From assembly GCF_000012905.2 (NCBI RefSeq), contig NC_007493.2, positions 570,001-602,000 of the forward strand: DNA of 32,000 bases, given 5' to 3'. The translations under genes and the position numbers were made by a program. This document shows, piece after piece, positions 1 through 8,444 of the stretch (its first letter is position 1; the number at the start of each line of letters is the position of its first letter). Origin of the DNA: Cereibacter sphaeroides 2.4.1 (GTDB lineage: Bacteria > Pseudomonadota > Alphaproteobacteria > Rhodobacterales > Rhodobacteraceae). Under the pieces are notes generated by a model, which saw only the letters and a program-made list of their open reading frames with translations, made no database searches and had not been told where the DNA came from.

Positions 1-423
1 GGCGCGGCCCGCATCATATTCGTCGAAGACGATGGCGCAGGGGTTGCGCAGCGCCCAGGGCAGGATGCCTTCCTGGAAGGTCGTGACCTGCTTGCCGTCC
101 ACCAGCTTGATCGCGTCCTTGCCGATCAGGTCGATCCGGCTGACGTGGCTGTCGAGGTTCACCCGCACGCAGGGCCAGTTGAGCCGGCTCGCCACCTGTT
201 CGATATGGGTGGATTTCCCGGTGCCGTGATAGCCCTGGATCATGACGCGGCGGTTGTAGGCGAAGCCTGCGAGGATCGCGAGCGTCGTGTCGGCATCGAA
301 CTTGTAGGTGGGATCGATGTCCGGCACCCGATCGGTGCGCTCGGCGAAGCCCTTCACCTTCATGTCGGTGTCGATGCCGAAGGTCTCGCGAACGGAAATT
401 TCCTCGGTGGGTCTCACAGTCAT
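1..423 (-). CDS. cobS: cobaltochelatase subunit CobS (AAA+ ATPase), N-terminal 141 codons; the 3' end runs off the window
   Basis: Missing from the ORF track because it is open at the window edge. My translation from the minus-strand ATG at 423-421 reads MTVRPTEEISVRETFGIDTDMKVKGFAERTDRVPDIDPTYKFDADTTLAILAGFAYNRRVMIQGYHGTGKSTHIEQVASRLNWPCVRVNLDSHVSRIDLIGKDAIKLVDGKQVTTFQEGILPWALRNPCAIVFDEYDAGR. The Walker A GYHGTGKST and the ETFGID and LNWPCVRVNLD blocks are typical of aerobic-pathway CobS. Confidence 0.85.
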   Translation of the reverse strand, partial: MTVRPTEEISVRETFGIDTDMKVKGFAERTDRVPDIDPTYKFDADTTLAILAGFAYNRRVMIQGYHGTGKSTHIEQVASRLNWPCVRVNLDSHVSRIDLIGKDAIKLVDGKQVTTFQEGILPWALRNPCAIVFDEYDAGRA

Positions 424-597
424 GTCCAGCATTCCGTCCGCCTTGTTGCCGCATCGGCCGCCCTTCCGGGCGCCCGGCCTTTGATGAAACATATCGGGCA
501 GGGCTGCAAGGGAAAGGGCGACAAGCCGCGTTGACCTTCTTGCAGTCGCCATCCCGGGCGCGCACTCGTGCCGCGCGAAGGTGCGGCGCGACCGGGG

Positions 598-1233
598 TCA
601 GTCGCGGAAGTAGCGGCTGTCCTTGATCTGGTCCCAGGCCCAGACCACTTCCTGCAGCCGTTCCTCGTCGGCGCGGTTGCCGCCGTTCATGTCCGGATGC
701 AGGTCCTTCACGAGGCTCTTGTATTGCTTGCGGATCTCGAGCTTCGTCCAGGTGTCGCGCGCGTCGAGGATCTCGAGCGCCTTGCGCTCGGTCGGCGGCA
801 GCTTACGCGTGGCGGTGGTGGCGACCTTGCCGGGGTTCTGCGTGGCCTTCTCGCCCAGGATCTCCATCGGGTCGTCGACGCCCAGCCGCGACCAGACGCG
901 GCCCTCGTCGGGACGTTTGGCGAAGGGCTGGGTTTCGCGGCCCCAGAGCCGGTCCTTCTCCATGATGCGCTTGATCTCGTCCTCGCCCGATCCCTGGAAG
1001 AAATTCCATTTCAGGTTGTATTCGCGGACGTGATCCTTGCAGAACCAGAAGAACTCATCGAGCAGGTCCGGCGATTTCGGGGCCCGATAGATGCCCGCCT
1101 CGGAGCAGTCGGGATATTCGCACTGACGATTGGACGTCTCGAACGCGCCCGACATGCCCCGGCGGCCGGTCTTGCGCCGCTTCTTGTCCGAGGAGACCCG
1201 GATGTCGAATTCGAAGGGGGGGCGGTTCGTCAT
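598..1233 (-). CDS. J-domain (DnaJ-like) protein with an N-terminal Cys/His-containing domain
   Basis: ORF 598..1233 (211 aa). C-terminal J domain with an HPD motif (YKSLVKDLHPDMNGG). N-terminal CEYPDC...FCKDH Cys/His cluster. GGAAAGG lies upstream of the ATG. Sits next to cobS, a common alphaproteobacterial arrangement. Confidence 0.85.
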   Translation of the reverse strand: MTNRPPFEFDIRVSSDKKRRKTGRRGMSGAFETSNRQCEYPDCSEAGIYRAPKSPDLLDEFFWFCKDHVREYNLKWNFFQGSGEDEIKRIMEKDRLWGRETQPFAKRPDEGRVWSRLGVDDPMEILGEKATQNPGKVATTATRKLPPTERKALEILDARDTWTKLEIRKQYKSLVKDLHPDMNGGNRADEERLQEVVWAWDQIKDSRYFRD

Positions 1234-1307
1234 CTCATCATGCCTTTCCGACTCGGAGGCGTGAGTTTAGGGGTTTGTGCGCGGGATTGAAGAGGGGAAG
1301 GCACGGG

Positions 1308-1565
1308 ATGGGCGTGGTCGAGGAAATTCGTGATCGGCTGGAGGCGGCCTTCGCGCCGGAAGAGCTTGAGGTGATGGACGAAAGCGAGCAGCACCGCGGC
1401 CATGGCGGCTGGCGCGAGGGCGGCGAGACGCACTTTCGTGTGAGGATGCGTGCGGCCGCGATGGCGACGCAAACCCGGCTCGAGCGGCATCGGGCGGTGA
1501 ATGCGGCGCTCGGGAAGGATCTCGTCGGGCGCATTCACGCGCTCGCGCTGGATGTAGCCGGCTGA
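1308..1565 (+). CDS. BolA family protein
   Basis: Within ORF 1275..1565. The internal ATG at 1308 is preceded by GGGGAAGG. Product MGVVEEIRDRLEAAFAPEELEVMDESEQHRGHGG...THFRVRM...ERHRAVNAAL...RIHALAL matches the BolA signature (DES..H.GH, THF, RHR, IHAL). Confidence 0.85.
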   Translation: MGVVEEIRDRLEAAFAPEELEVMDESEQHRGHGGWREGGETHFRVRMRAAAMATQTRLERHRAVNAALGKDLVGRIHALALDVAG

Positions 1566-1643
1566 GGCGCCGCCCGAGCGTCCGGCGGCCCGCGAGAGGC
1601 CGTCGTCGCATGGATATTTAAGCCAGAGTGAGGGAGCGGGGCA

Positions 1644-1664
1644 CGCCCTCCGGGCAGGAGGGCG
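1644..1664. terminator. GC-rich hairpin between convergent bolA-family and glcB stops (possible bidirectional terminator; no U-tract)
   Basis: CGCCCTCC-GGGCA-GGAGGGCG, an 8-bp perfect stem, lies 10 nt beyond the glcB stop and about 80 nt beyond the bolA-family stop. No T-run follows on either strand, so intrinsic-terminator status is uncertain. Confidence 0.3.
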
Positions 1665-1673
1665 CCCCCGCGG

Positions 1674-3833
1674 TCAGGCGCGGCTGACCTGCGGCGTGCG
1701 CTCGGCCTTCACCTGCAGGCGCCGGGCATGGAGCACCGGCTCGGTATAGCCCGAGGGCTGCTCGCGGCCCTTGAAGACGAGGTCGCAGGCCGCCTGGAAG
1801 GCCGCGCCGTCGAAGCCGGGCGCCATGGGCCGGTAGGCCGGATCGCCGGCATTCTGCGCATCCACCACGGCGGCCATCTTCTTCAGCGCCGCCATCACCT
1901 GATCTTCCGACACGACACCGTGGTGCAGCCAGTTCACCAGCGCCTGGCTGGAGATCCGGCAGGTGGCGCGGTCTTCCATCAGGCCCACGTCGTTGATGTC
2001 GGGCACCTTCGAACAGCCGACGCCCTGATCCACCCAGCGCACCACATAGCCGAGGATGCCCTGGGCATTGTTCTCGATCTCCTGGCGCAGCTCGGCCTCG
2101 GACCAGTTCACTCCCTCGGCCACCGGCAGCGTCAGCAGGTCCTCGAGGCTGCCGCGCGGTCCGCCCGCCGCGATCTCCTTCTGGCGCGCGGTCACGTCCA
2201 CCCGGTGATAATGGGTGGCATGCAGGGTTGCGGCCGTGGGCGAGGGCACCCAGGCGCAGCTCGCTCCGGCCTTCGGGTGGCCGATCTTGGCGGCCAGCAT
2301 CTCGGCCATCCGGTCGGGCATGGCCCACATGCCCTTGCCGATCTGCGCGCGCCCGCGCAGGCCGCAGGCCAGACCGATGTCCACGTTGCGATCCTCGTAG
2401 GAGGCGATCCAGCGCGAGGCCTTCATGTCCCCCTTCTTCACCATCGGGCCCGCCTCCATGCCGGTGAAGATCTCGTCGCCCGTCCGGTCGAGGAAGCCCG
2501 TGTTGATGAAGGCCACCCGATGCTTCGCGGCCCGGATGCACTCCTTCAGATTGACCGAGGTGCGCCGCTCCTCGTCCATGATGCCGAGCTTCACCGTGTA
2601 GTGCGGCAGGCCCAGCACCTCCTCCACGCGGGTGAAGAGCTCGTCGGCGAAGGCCACCTCGTCGGGCCCGTGCATCTTGGGCTTCACCACATAGACCGAG
2701 CCTGCGACCGAGTTCCGGATGCCGTCGGCCTTGGCCAGATCGTGCAGGGCGCAGAGGGTGGTGGCGAAGGCATCGAGCATCCCCTCGAAGATCTCGGCGC
2801 CAGTCTCGTCGAGCACGGCAGGCGTGGTCATCAGATGGCCCACGTTGCGCACGAGCATCAGCGCCCGGCCCTTGAGGGTGACGGTCCCGCCGTCCGGCGC
2901 GGTGAAGGCGAGGTCGGGCGCGAGCTCGCGCACGAACATCCGCCCGCCCTTCGAGATCGCCTCGCGCAGGTCGCCGCGCATCAGGCCCAGCCAGTTGGCG
3001 TAGGCGAGCGCCTTGTCCTCGCCATCCACCGCGGCGACGGAATCCTCGCAATCCATGATGGCCGACAGCGCGGCCTCCATGCGGATGTCGGCGACGCCCG
3101 CGCGGTCGGCGGCGCCGATCCGGTGCTTGCGATCAATGTCGAGGATGAGATGCAGCCCGTTGTTCTTCAGAAGGATGGCCGTCGGAGCCTCGGCAGGCCC
3201 CGCGTGGCCCGCAAATTGCGCGGGATCCGCCAGTGCGGGCACCAGCGCGCCGCCCTCGACCCGGTAGCCCTCGACATCGGCATGGCTGCCTTGGGCCAGC
3301 GGCGCGGTCTCATCGAGGAACCGGCGCCCCCAGGCGATGACCCGCGCGCCCCGCGCAGGGTCGAACTCCGCACCCTCCGGCAGATCGCCCAGAGCATCGG
3401 TGCCGTAGAGCGCGTCATAGAGCGAGCCCCAGCGCGCGTTGGCCGCGTTCAGCGCATAGCGCGCATTCATCACCGGCACCACGAGTTGCGGCCCCGCCAC
3501 CTCGGCGATCTCTGGATCGACATGCGCGGTCTCGATGGTGAAGTCGGGCCCCTCCGGCAGCAGGTAGCCGATCTCGCGAAGGAAGGCGGTGTACTCTCTA
3601 AGGCTCGGCCGCTCGCCGCGGTGAGTGCGGTGCCAGTCGTCGATGGCAGCCTGAAGCTCGGCGCGGCGGTCGAGGAGGGCGCGGTTCCGCGGCCCGAGAG
3701 TGCGCACCGTGTCGGCGAGGCCTCCCCAGAAGGTTTCCTCGCTGACACCGGTGCCGGGCAGCGCCTCGCGGGCCACGAACTCGGCCAGACGCACATCCAC
3801 CTGCAACCCCTGCTTCTCGATCCGATCGGTCAA
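1674..3833 (-). CDS. glcB: malate synthase G
   Basis: ORF 1674..3890 (738 aa) is malate synthase G-like over its full length. I place the start at TTG 3833-3831 because GGGAG lies 7 nt upstream. The product then begins (M)[28 protein letters not shown], which aligns with the usual MTDR/MTER...L.V......FV..EA.PGT N-terminus of GlcB. The ATG at 3890 adds 19 poorly fitting residues. Confidence 0.92.
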   Translation of the reverse strand: MTDRIEKQGLQVDVRLAEFVAREALPGTGVSEETFWGGLADTVRTLGPRNRALLDRRAELQAAIDDWHRTHRGERPSLREYTAFLREIGYLLPEGPDFTIETAHVDPEIAEVAGPQLVVPVMNARYALNAANARWGSLYDALYGTDALGDLPEGAEFDPARGARVIAWGRRFLDETAPLAQGSHADVEGYRVEGGALVPALADPAQFAGHAGPAEAPTAILLKNNGLHLILDIDRKHRIGAADRAGVADIRMEAALSAIMDCEDSVAAVDGEDKALAYANWLGLMRGDLREAISKGGRMFVRELAPDLAFTAPDGGTVTLKGRALMLVRNVGHLMTTPAVLDETGAEIFEGMLDAFATTLCALHDLAKADGIRNSVAGSVYVVKPKMHGPDEVAFADELFTRVEEVLGLPHYTVKLGIMDEERRTSVNLKECIRAAKHRVAFINTGFLDRTGDEIFTGMEAGPMVKKGDMKASRWIASYEDRNVDIGLACGLRGRAQIGKGMWAMPDRMAEMLAAKIGHPKAGASCAWVPSPTAATLHATHYHRVDVTARQKEIAAGGPRGSLEDLLTLPVAEGVNWSEAELRQEIENNAQGILGYVVRWVDQGVGCSKVPDINDVGLMEDRATCRISSQALVNWLHHGVVSEDQVMAALKKMAAVVDAQNAGDPAYRPMAPGFDGAAFQAACDLVFKGREQPSGYTEPVLHARRLQVKAERTPQVSRA

Positions 3834-3900
3834 GACCCCACTCCCGCTGATGACATTCTGTCGCAGCAATAGGGGCAAACCGGGCCGCATTCAACCATCT

Positions 3901-3917
3901 GGTCATGAAACATGACC
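3901..3917. promoter_or_regulatory. perfect 7-3-7 palindrome GGTCATG-AAA-CATGACC upstream of glcB (candidate operator)
   Basis: Read directly from the sequence. Its centre is about 76 nt upstream of the proposed glcB start and 16 nt downstream of the photolyase-like stop. It sits in one of the few A/T-containing stretches of the window. Confidence 0.3.
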
Positions 3918-3932
3918 AATCCGCCGGAGCGG

Positions 3933-5298
3933 TCAGAGGTCGAGACAGAGCTGCTGCGTCGGATCCGAGGCGGGCCGTCGGGGCGCCGCGCCTTCTATCA
4001 CCTCCACGCGCGCGGTCGGGCGCCGGGCCAGCGTCCGCCCCGCGGCGCGTGCCGCCGAAGGATCGACCAGTGGCTCGGGATAGCGCCGCCCGAGCAGCCC
4101 CCTCGCGCCCTCCCAGCGCCAGGGTGCCTGGAGGACCCGATCGGGCACCTCCGCCAGTTCGGGCAGCCAGCGGCGCGTGAAGGCGCCATCGGGATCGAGC
4201 ACGCCCGCCAGCCTCTCGGGGTCGACCGGACGCCCGAGCGCCACGCGGCGCATCTGCGCCCAGTGAATCGGCGGCGAGTGATCGGTGAGTCCTGCCGCCA
4301 GCGCCGCTCCCGCGGCCTGCTCCGACAGGCCGAGGTGATGCAGCGCCACCGAGGCAAGCATCCCGCGGAGCCGCGCGGGCAGCCAGCCCGAGGCCGCCAT
4401 CGCGCGCAGTGCCGCATCCACGAAGGGCAGGCCGGTCTCTCCGGCGTGAAGCGCGGCCAGACGCAGCCTGAGCGCGTCCGGCTTCCCCTTCAGTCTGGTC
4501 CAAATATCCTCGGGGGGAGCCGCCCCCTCCGGGGCGGCCGGGGGGGCAGACAGCCCCCCGCGCACCGGGGGCACCCGAAGCCAGCGCCGCCCGGAAGGCG
4601 CCGAGGCTGCGCACCCAGTCGGCGTCCGGCCGCTCCGCCAGCCGCGCCGCCACGGCGGCCAGCACCTCCTCGCGCGACAGAGTGCCCGCCGCAAGATGCG
4701 GCGACAGGCGCGAAGAGGCCCGCTCCGCCTGCAAGAGCCGGTTGCGCCCGTCGCGGTAAAGCGCTCCGCGCCGCTCAAGGAAACTCTGGAGCAGGAGCTG
4801 CCCCTGCGGACGCCCGCCCGGCTGGCGGTGGGGGCAGCGGTCCTCGGCCAGCCGCAGGGCGCGGGCAGGCGGGATCGGCCCGGGTTCGACCGCGGGCAGC
4901 GGGGTCAGCGCCGCGGGCGCCCCGGCGCCGGGCTTCAGCCGGATGAAGTCGAGGCCGGTGCCCCCGGCCCAGGCCTGCAGGGCCAGATCGAGCTCCGCGA
5001 AAGCGGGATCCTCGAGGCAGAGGATGCGCCCGATCCGGTGCAGCTTGCAGAGCTTTGACAGAACCGCCTGCGCGTCGCCCACGCGCACCGCAAGCGGCGC
5101 CCCGAGCGCCGCCAGATCCGCGCGCAGGTCAGCGAGACATTCGGCGCGGAACGCCCATTGCCGGCCCGAGCGCGCCGGATCGGCCCATTCTGCCGGATCG
5201 ACGATGGCGAGCGGCAGCACGCGGTCGTCCGCCGCGCGCGCCAGCGCCGGATGATCCGCCACCCGCAGGTCGTTGCGGAACCAGATCAGAACATTCAT
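3933..5298 (-). pseudogene. cryptochrome/photolyase-family gene with an apparent single-base frameshift (pseudogene or homopolymer sequencing error)
   Basis: The N-terminal part is in the frame of ATG 5298-5296: MNVLIWFRNDLRVADHPAL...FLERRGALYRDGRNRLLQAERASSRLSPHLAAGTLS. The C-terminal FAD-binding part is in the frame of ORF 3933..4778: ...HAGETGLPFVDAALRAMAASGWLPARLRGMLASVALHHLGL...DPDGAFTRRWLPELAEVP. The span is 1366 nt (3n+1). The frame switch must fall in the G/C homopolymer cluster at about 4500-4625. Confidence 0.75.
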
Positions 5299-5601
5299 GG
5301 AACACTGATGCCCGCATCGCACGGAAAGGGCAAGGGGCCGCGTCGCTCGGAAATGATGAATGGCAGGTCGCCCATCGGTCTGCGATCTCTTGCCCTCTGA
5401 TCGAGAGCCGCAGGGCTGGCGCGGCGCGTGCTCCCGGCGCTGCCTGCCGCGTCTTTCACGAGGCAGGTCGCGAAGGCGACGACACGGCCTTTCACGGGCC
5501 GCCCACCGGCGGTTGCGGGCAGGGCGGACGCGGGCTCGCTCCGTCTCGCAGAGGCGAACCGCCGAGGCCACCGGCCTGCGTCATCCTTCTGCCACCGAAG
5601 G

Positions 5602-5658
5602 CCCGCAGGATCTGCGGGGCCGGGTCGGATCGGCGCCGCCGCGGACGGGGCGCCGATC
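5602..5658. repeat. two adjacent perfect inverted repeats in the phr/pepN divergent intergenic region
   Basis: CCCGCAG-GAT-CTGCGGG at 5602-5618 has a 7-bp stem. GATCGGCGCC-(11 nt)-GGCGCCGATC at 5628-5658 has a 10-bp stem. They lie 100-155 nt upstream of the pepN ATG and neither has a U-tract. Confidence 0.4.
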
Positions 5659-5755
5659 GCGGGCGAGGAGAGGCGCTCCCTGCGCTCCGGATCCTGCCCG
5701 GCGGGCCTTGCGCACGCCGCGGCGCGGACTAGGCTGCAAGATCCAGGAGAAGATC

Positions 5756-8311
5756 ATGACCGACACCCCGATCCGCCTTGCCGACTACCTGCCCCCCAGC
5801 CATCTCGTCGATGGGGTCTCGCTCACCTTCCGGCTCGATCCCGGCTGCACGCGCGTGCTCTCCGAGATCCGGTTCCGGCCGAACCCGGCCCGGACGGGGC
5901 GCCCCGACCTGCGGCTCGACGGCGAGGGGCTGGCGCTCGTCTCGGCCGCGCTCGACGGCGCGCCCCTCGCCGTTCAGCCCGACGCGACAGGCCTGACCCT
6001 TCCCGGCGCAAGCCTTCCCGATGCGCCCTTCGCCTTCACGGCCGAGGTCGAGATCGACCCGGCCGCCAATACTGCGCTCGAGGGGCTCTACATGTCGAAC
6101 GGCATGTATTGCACCCAGTGCGAAGCCGAGGGCTTCCGCAAGATCACCTTCTATCCCGACCGGCCCGACGTGATGGCTCCGTTCCGCGTGCGGATCGAGA
6201 GCGACCTGCCGGTGCTCCTGTCGAACGGCAACGAGGTGGCCTCGGGGCCGGGCTGGGCCGAATGGCACGATCCCTGGCCGAAGCCTTCCTATCTCTTCGC
6301 GCTGGTCGCGGGCGATCTCGTGGCCCACAGCGCGGGCTTCACCACGGCCTCGGGACGGACGGTGGCCCTCAACATCTGGGTGCGGCCGGGCGACGAGGCG
6401 CGCTGCGCCTATGCGATGGACAGCCTGATCCGCTCGATGAAGTGGGACGAGGAGGTCTATGGCCGCGAATACGACCTCGACACGTTCAACATCGTCGCCG
6501 TGGACGACTTCAACATGGGCGCGATGGAGAACAAGGGGCTGAACATCTTCAACTCGAAGTATGTGCTGGCCCTGCCCGAGACCGCGACCGACGACGATTT
6601 CGCCCGGATCGAGGCGGTCATCGCGCATGAATATTTCCACAACTGGACCGGCAACCGGATCACCTGCCGCGACTGGTTCCAGCTCTGCCTCAAGGAAGGG
6701 CTCACCGTCTTCCGCGACCAGCAGTTCAGCTCGGACATGCGCTCGGCCGCGGTGAAGCGGATCGAGGATGTACTGACGCTGCGCGCCCGGCAGTTCCGCG
6801 AGGACGACGGGCCGCTGGCCCATCCGGTCCGCCCCGAGGAATATATCGAGATCAACAACTTCTACACGGCGACCGTCTACGAGAAGGGGGCCGAGCTCAT
6901 CGGCATGCTGAAGCGGCTCGTGGGCGACGAGGCCTATGCGCGCGCGCTCGACCTCTATTTCGAGCGTCATGACGGGCAGGCCGCCACCATCGAGGACTGG
7001 CTCACGGTCTTCGAGGATGCGACGGGCCGCGATCTGGCGCAGTTCAAGCTCTGGTATTCCGAGGCCGGCACGCCGCGGCTGAAGGTCAGCGACCGGTTCG
7101 AGGACGGGCGCTACACGCTCGAATTCGAGCAGGTGAACCCGCCCACGCCCGGCCAGCCGGTGAAGCAGCCCAAGGTGATCCCGGTGGCGGTGGGCCTGCT
7201 CAATCCGAACGGCGACGAGGTGCTGCCGACCACCGTCCTCGAAATGACGGAGCCGCGCCAGAGCTTCACCTTCGAGGGGCTGGGCGCCCGTCCCGTGCCG
7301 TCGATCCTGCGCGGCTTCTCGGCGCCCGTGGTGCTCGAGCGCGAGACCTCTCCCGAGGAGCGCGCCTTCCTGCTCGCCCATGACACCGACCCGTTCAACA
7401 AATGGGAGGCCGGACGGGCGCTCGCCAAGGACGTGCTGGCCCGGATGGTCACCGGGGGCGCCCAGCCCGGACCCGACTGGCTCGAGGCGCTGGCACGGGT
7501 GGCGGTGGACGAGACGCTCGACCCGGCGTTCCGCGCACTCGCCCTGCGCCTGCCGGGCGAGGACGACATGGCCCAGACGCTCCATGCCGCGGGCCATGTG
7601 CCGGATCCGGCCCGCATCAACGCGGCGCGCGAGCGGATGGCGGGGGCGCTGGCCGAACGGCTCGAACCCGAGCTCGGGGCTCTCATCGAGACGCTGGCCG
7701 AGCCCGGCCCCTTCTCGCCCGAGGCCCGGGCCGCAGGGCGCCGGGCGCTGCGGCTGGCCGCGCTGGGCCTCGTCACCCGCCGCGACGGCGGGGCGCGGGC
7801 CGAGGCCGCCTTCCGCGCGGCCAACAACATGACCGAGGAAGTGGGCGCGCTGGCCTGCCTGCTCGAGATCGGCCGCGGGCAGGAGGAGCTGGGCCTCTTC
7901 GAGACGCGCTGGGCCGGCGACCGGCTGGTGATGGACAAGTGGTTCGCCCTCCAGATCCTCCATGCCGCGCCCGAGGAAACGGCGGCCACCGTCGAGCGGC
8001 TGACCGCCCATCCGGCCTTCGACTGGAAGAATCCCAACCGCTTCCGGTCGGTCGTCGGGGCGCTCTCGGCCAATCACGCGGGCTTCCATCACGCCTCCGG
8101 TGCGGGCTACCGGCTGCTCGCCGACTGGCTGATCCGGCTCGACCCGCTGAACCCGCAGACGGCGGCGCGCATGTCGACCGCCTTCGAGACCCGGGCCCGC
8201 TACGATGCGGACCGGCAGGGCATGATACTGGCCGAACTCGACCGCATCCTCGCCACGCCGGGCCTCAGCCGCGATCTGGGCGAGATGGCGGGGCGGATGA
8301 GGCACGCATGA
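5756..8311 (+). CDS. pepN: aminopeptidase N (M1 family zinc metallopeptidase)
   Basis: In frame within ORF 5360..8311. The ATG at 5756 is preceded by AGGAGA (5745-5750). The product starts MTDTPIRLADYLPPSHLVDGVSLTF and carries the GAMEN motif (NMGAMENKGLNIFN) and HEYFHNWTGNR zinc site. The upstream 132 codons of the ORF are Arg-rich junk. Confidence 0.95.
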   Translation: MTDTPIRLADYLPPSHLVDGVSLTFRLDPGCTRVLSEIRFRPNPARTGRPDLRLDGEGLALVSAALDGAPLAVQPDATGLTLPGASLPDAPFAFTAEVEIDPAANTALEGLYMSNGMYCTQCEAEGFRKITFYPDRPDVMAPFRVRIESDLPVLLSNGNEVASGPGWAEWHDPWPKPSYLFALVAGDLVAHSAGFTTASGRTVALNIWVRPGDEARCAYAMDSLIRSMKWDEEVYGREYDLDTFNIVAVDDFNMGAMENKGLNIFNSKYVLALPETATDDDFARIEAVIAHEYFHNWTGNRITCRDWFQLCLKEGLTVFRDQQFSSDMRSAAVKRIEDVLTLRARQFREDDGPLAHPVRPEEYIEINNFYTATVYEKGAELIGMLKRLVGDEAYARALDLYFERHDGQAATIEDWLTVFEDATGRDLAQFKLWYSEAGTPRLKVSDRFEDGRYTLEFEQVNPPTPGQPVKQPKVIPVAVGLLNPNGDEVLPTTVLEMTEPRQSFTFEGLGARPVPSILRGFSAPVVLERETSPEERAFLLAHDTDPFNKWEAGRALAKDVLARMVTGGAQPGPDWLEALARVAVDETLDPAFRALALRLPGEDDMAQTLHAAGHVPDPARINAARERMAGALAERLEPELGALIETLAEPGPFSPEARAAGRRALRLAALGLVTRRDGGARAEAAFRAANNMTEEVGALACLLEIGRGQEELGLFETRWAGDRLVMDKWFALQILHAAPEETAATVERLTAHPAFDWKNPNRFRSVVGALSANHAGFHHASGAGYRLLADWLIRLDPLNPQTAARMSTAFETRARYDADRQGMILAELDRILATPGLSRDLGEMAGRMRHA

Positions 8312-8444
8312 GCGGGTGGGAACAGTTGGACGGGAAGCGGCGTTCTGACCGGCGGATGACTGCCGAGCGCAGATCGGTGCAAAGGACGGCGCTTGCCGGC
8401 CGGGACAACCGGGCCTCATGTCATGCGAGAGCAGGAGGCCCCGG

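Noticed and set aside
424-597. Possible cobalamin riboswitch or promoter upstream of cobS.
   Set aside because: I could not find a B12-box-like element or the expected multi-stem architecture in these 174 nt. Only weak -35/-10-like hexamers with poor spacing are present, too weak to report.
1728-3872. A 714-aa ORF antisense to glcB. Similar long antisense or off-frame ORFs occur at 5729..8482, 7111..8073, 8421..9560, 9547..10572, 11913..12944, 14388..15425, 15471..17054, 17518..20031, 20817..22400, 22549..25536, 23813..25927, 26927..28033, 28551..30470 and 30917..31999.
   Set aside because: All are Arg/Gly/Pro/Ala/His-rich with no recognisable motifs. Each lies opposite to, or out of frame with, a gene that has clear family signatures. 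Stop codons are rare in such G+C-rich DNA, so long spurious ORFs are expected.
3834-3890. Upstream ATG (3890) as the glcB start.
   Set aside because: There is no RBS, and the 19 added residues ([19 protein letters not shown]) do not match the conserved MTDR-type N-terminus. The TTG at 3833 has GGGAG at proper spacing.
5295-5495. A 66-codon minus-strand ORF (MKGRVVAFATCLVKDAAG...) whose TGA overlaps the photolyase-like ATG in an ATGA arrangement, which suggests a coupled upstream ORF.
   Set aside because: G/C3 bias holds only for the first ~27 codons. AGG, AGA (twice), CGA, CCA and ATT codons then appear. There is no recognisable domain and no convincing RBS, and the ATGA overlap can arise by chance. 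It is worth only a glance in ribosome-profiling data.
3598-5571. A 657-aa ORF spanning the photolyase-like gene, its upstream region and part of glcB.
   Set aside because: Only the stretch from ATG 5298 to about 4620 is meaningful. The upstream 91 codons and everything after the frameshift region are junk read-through of an open frame.
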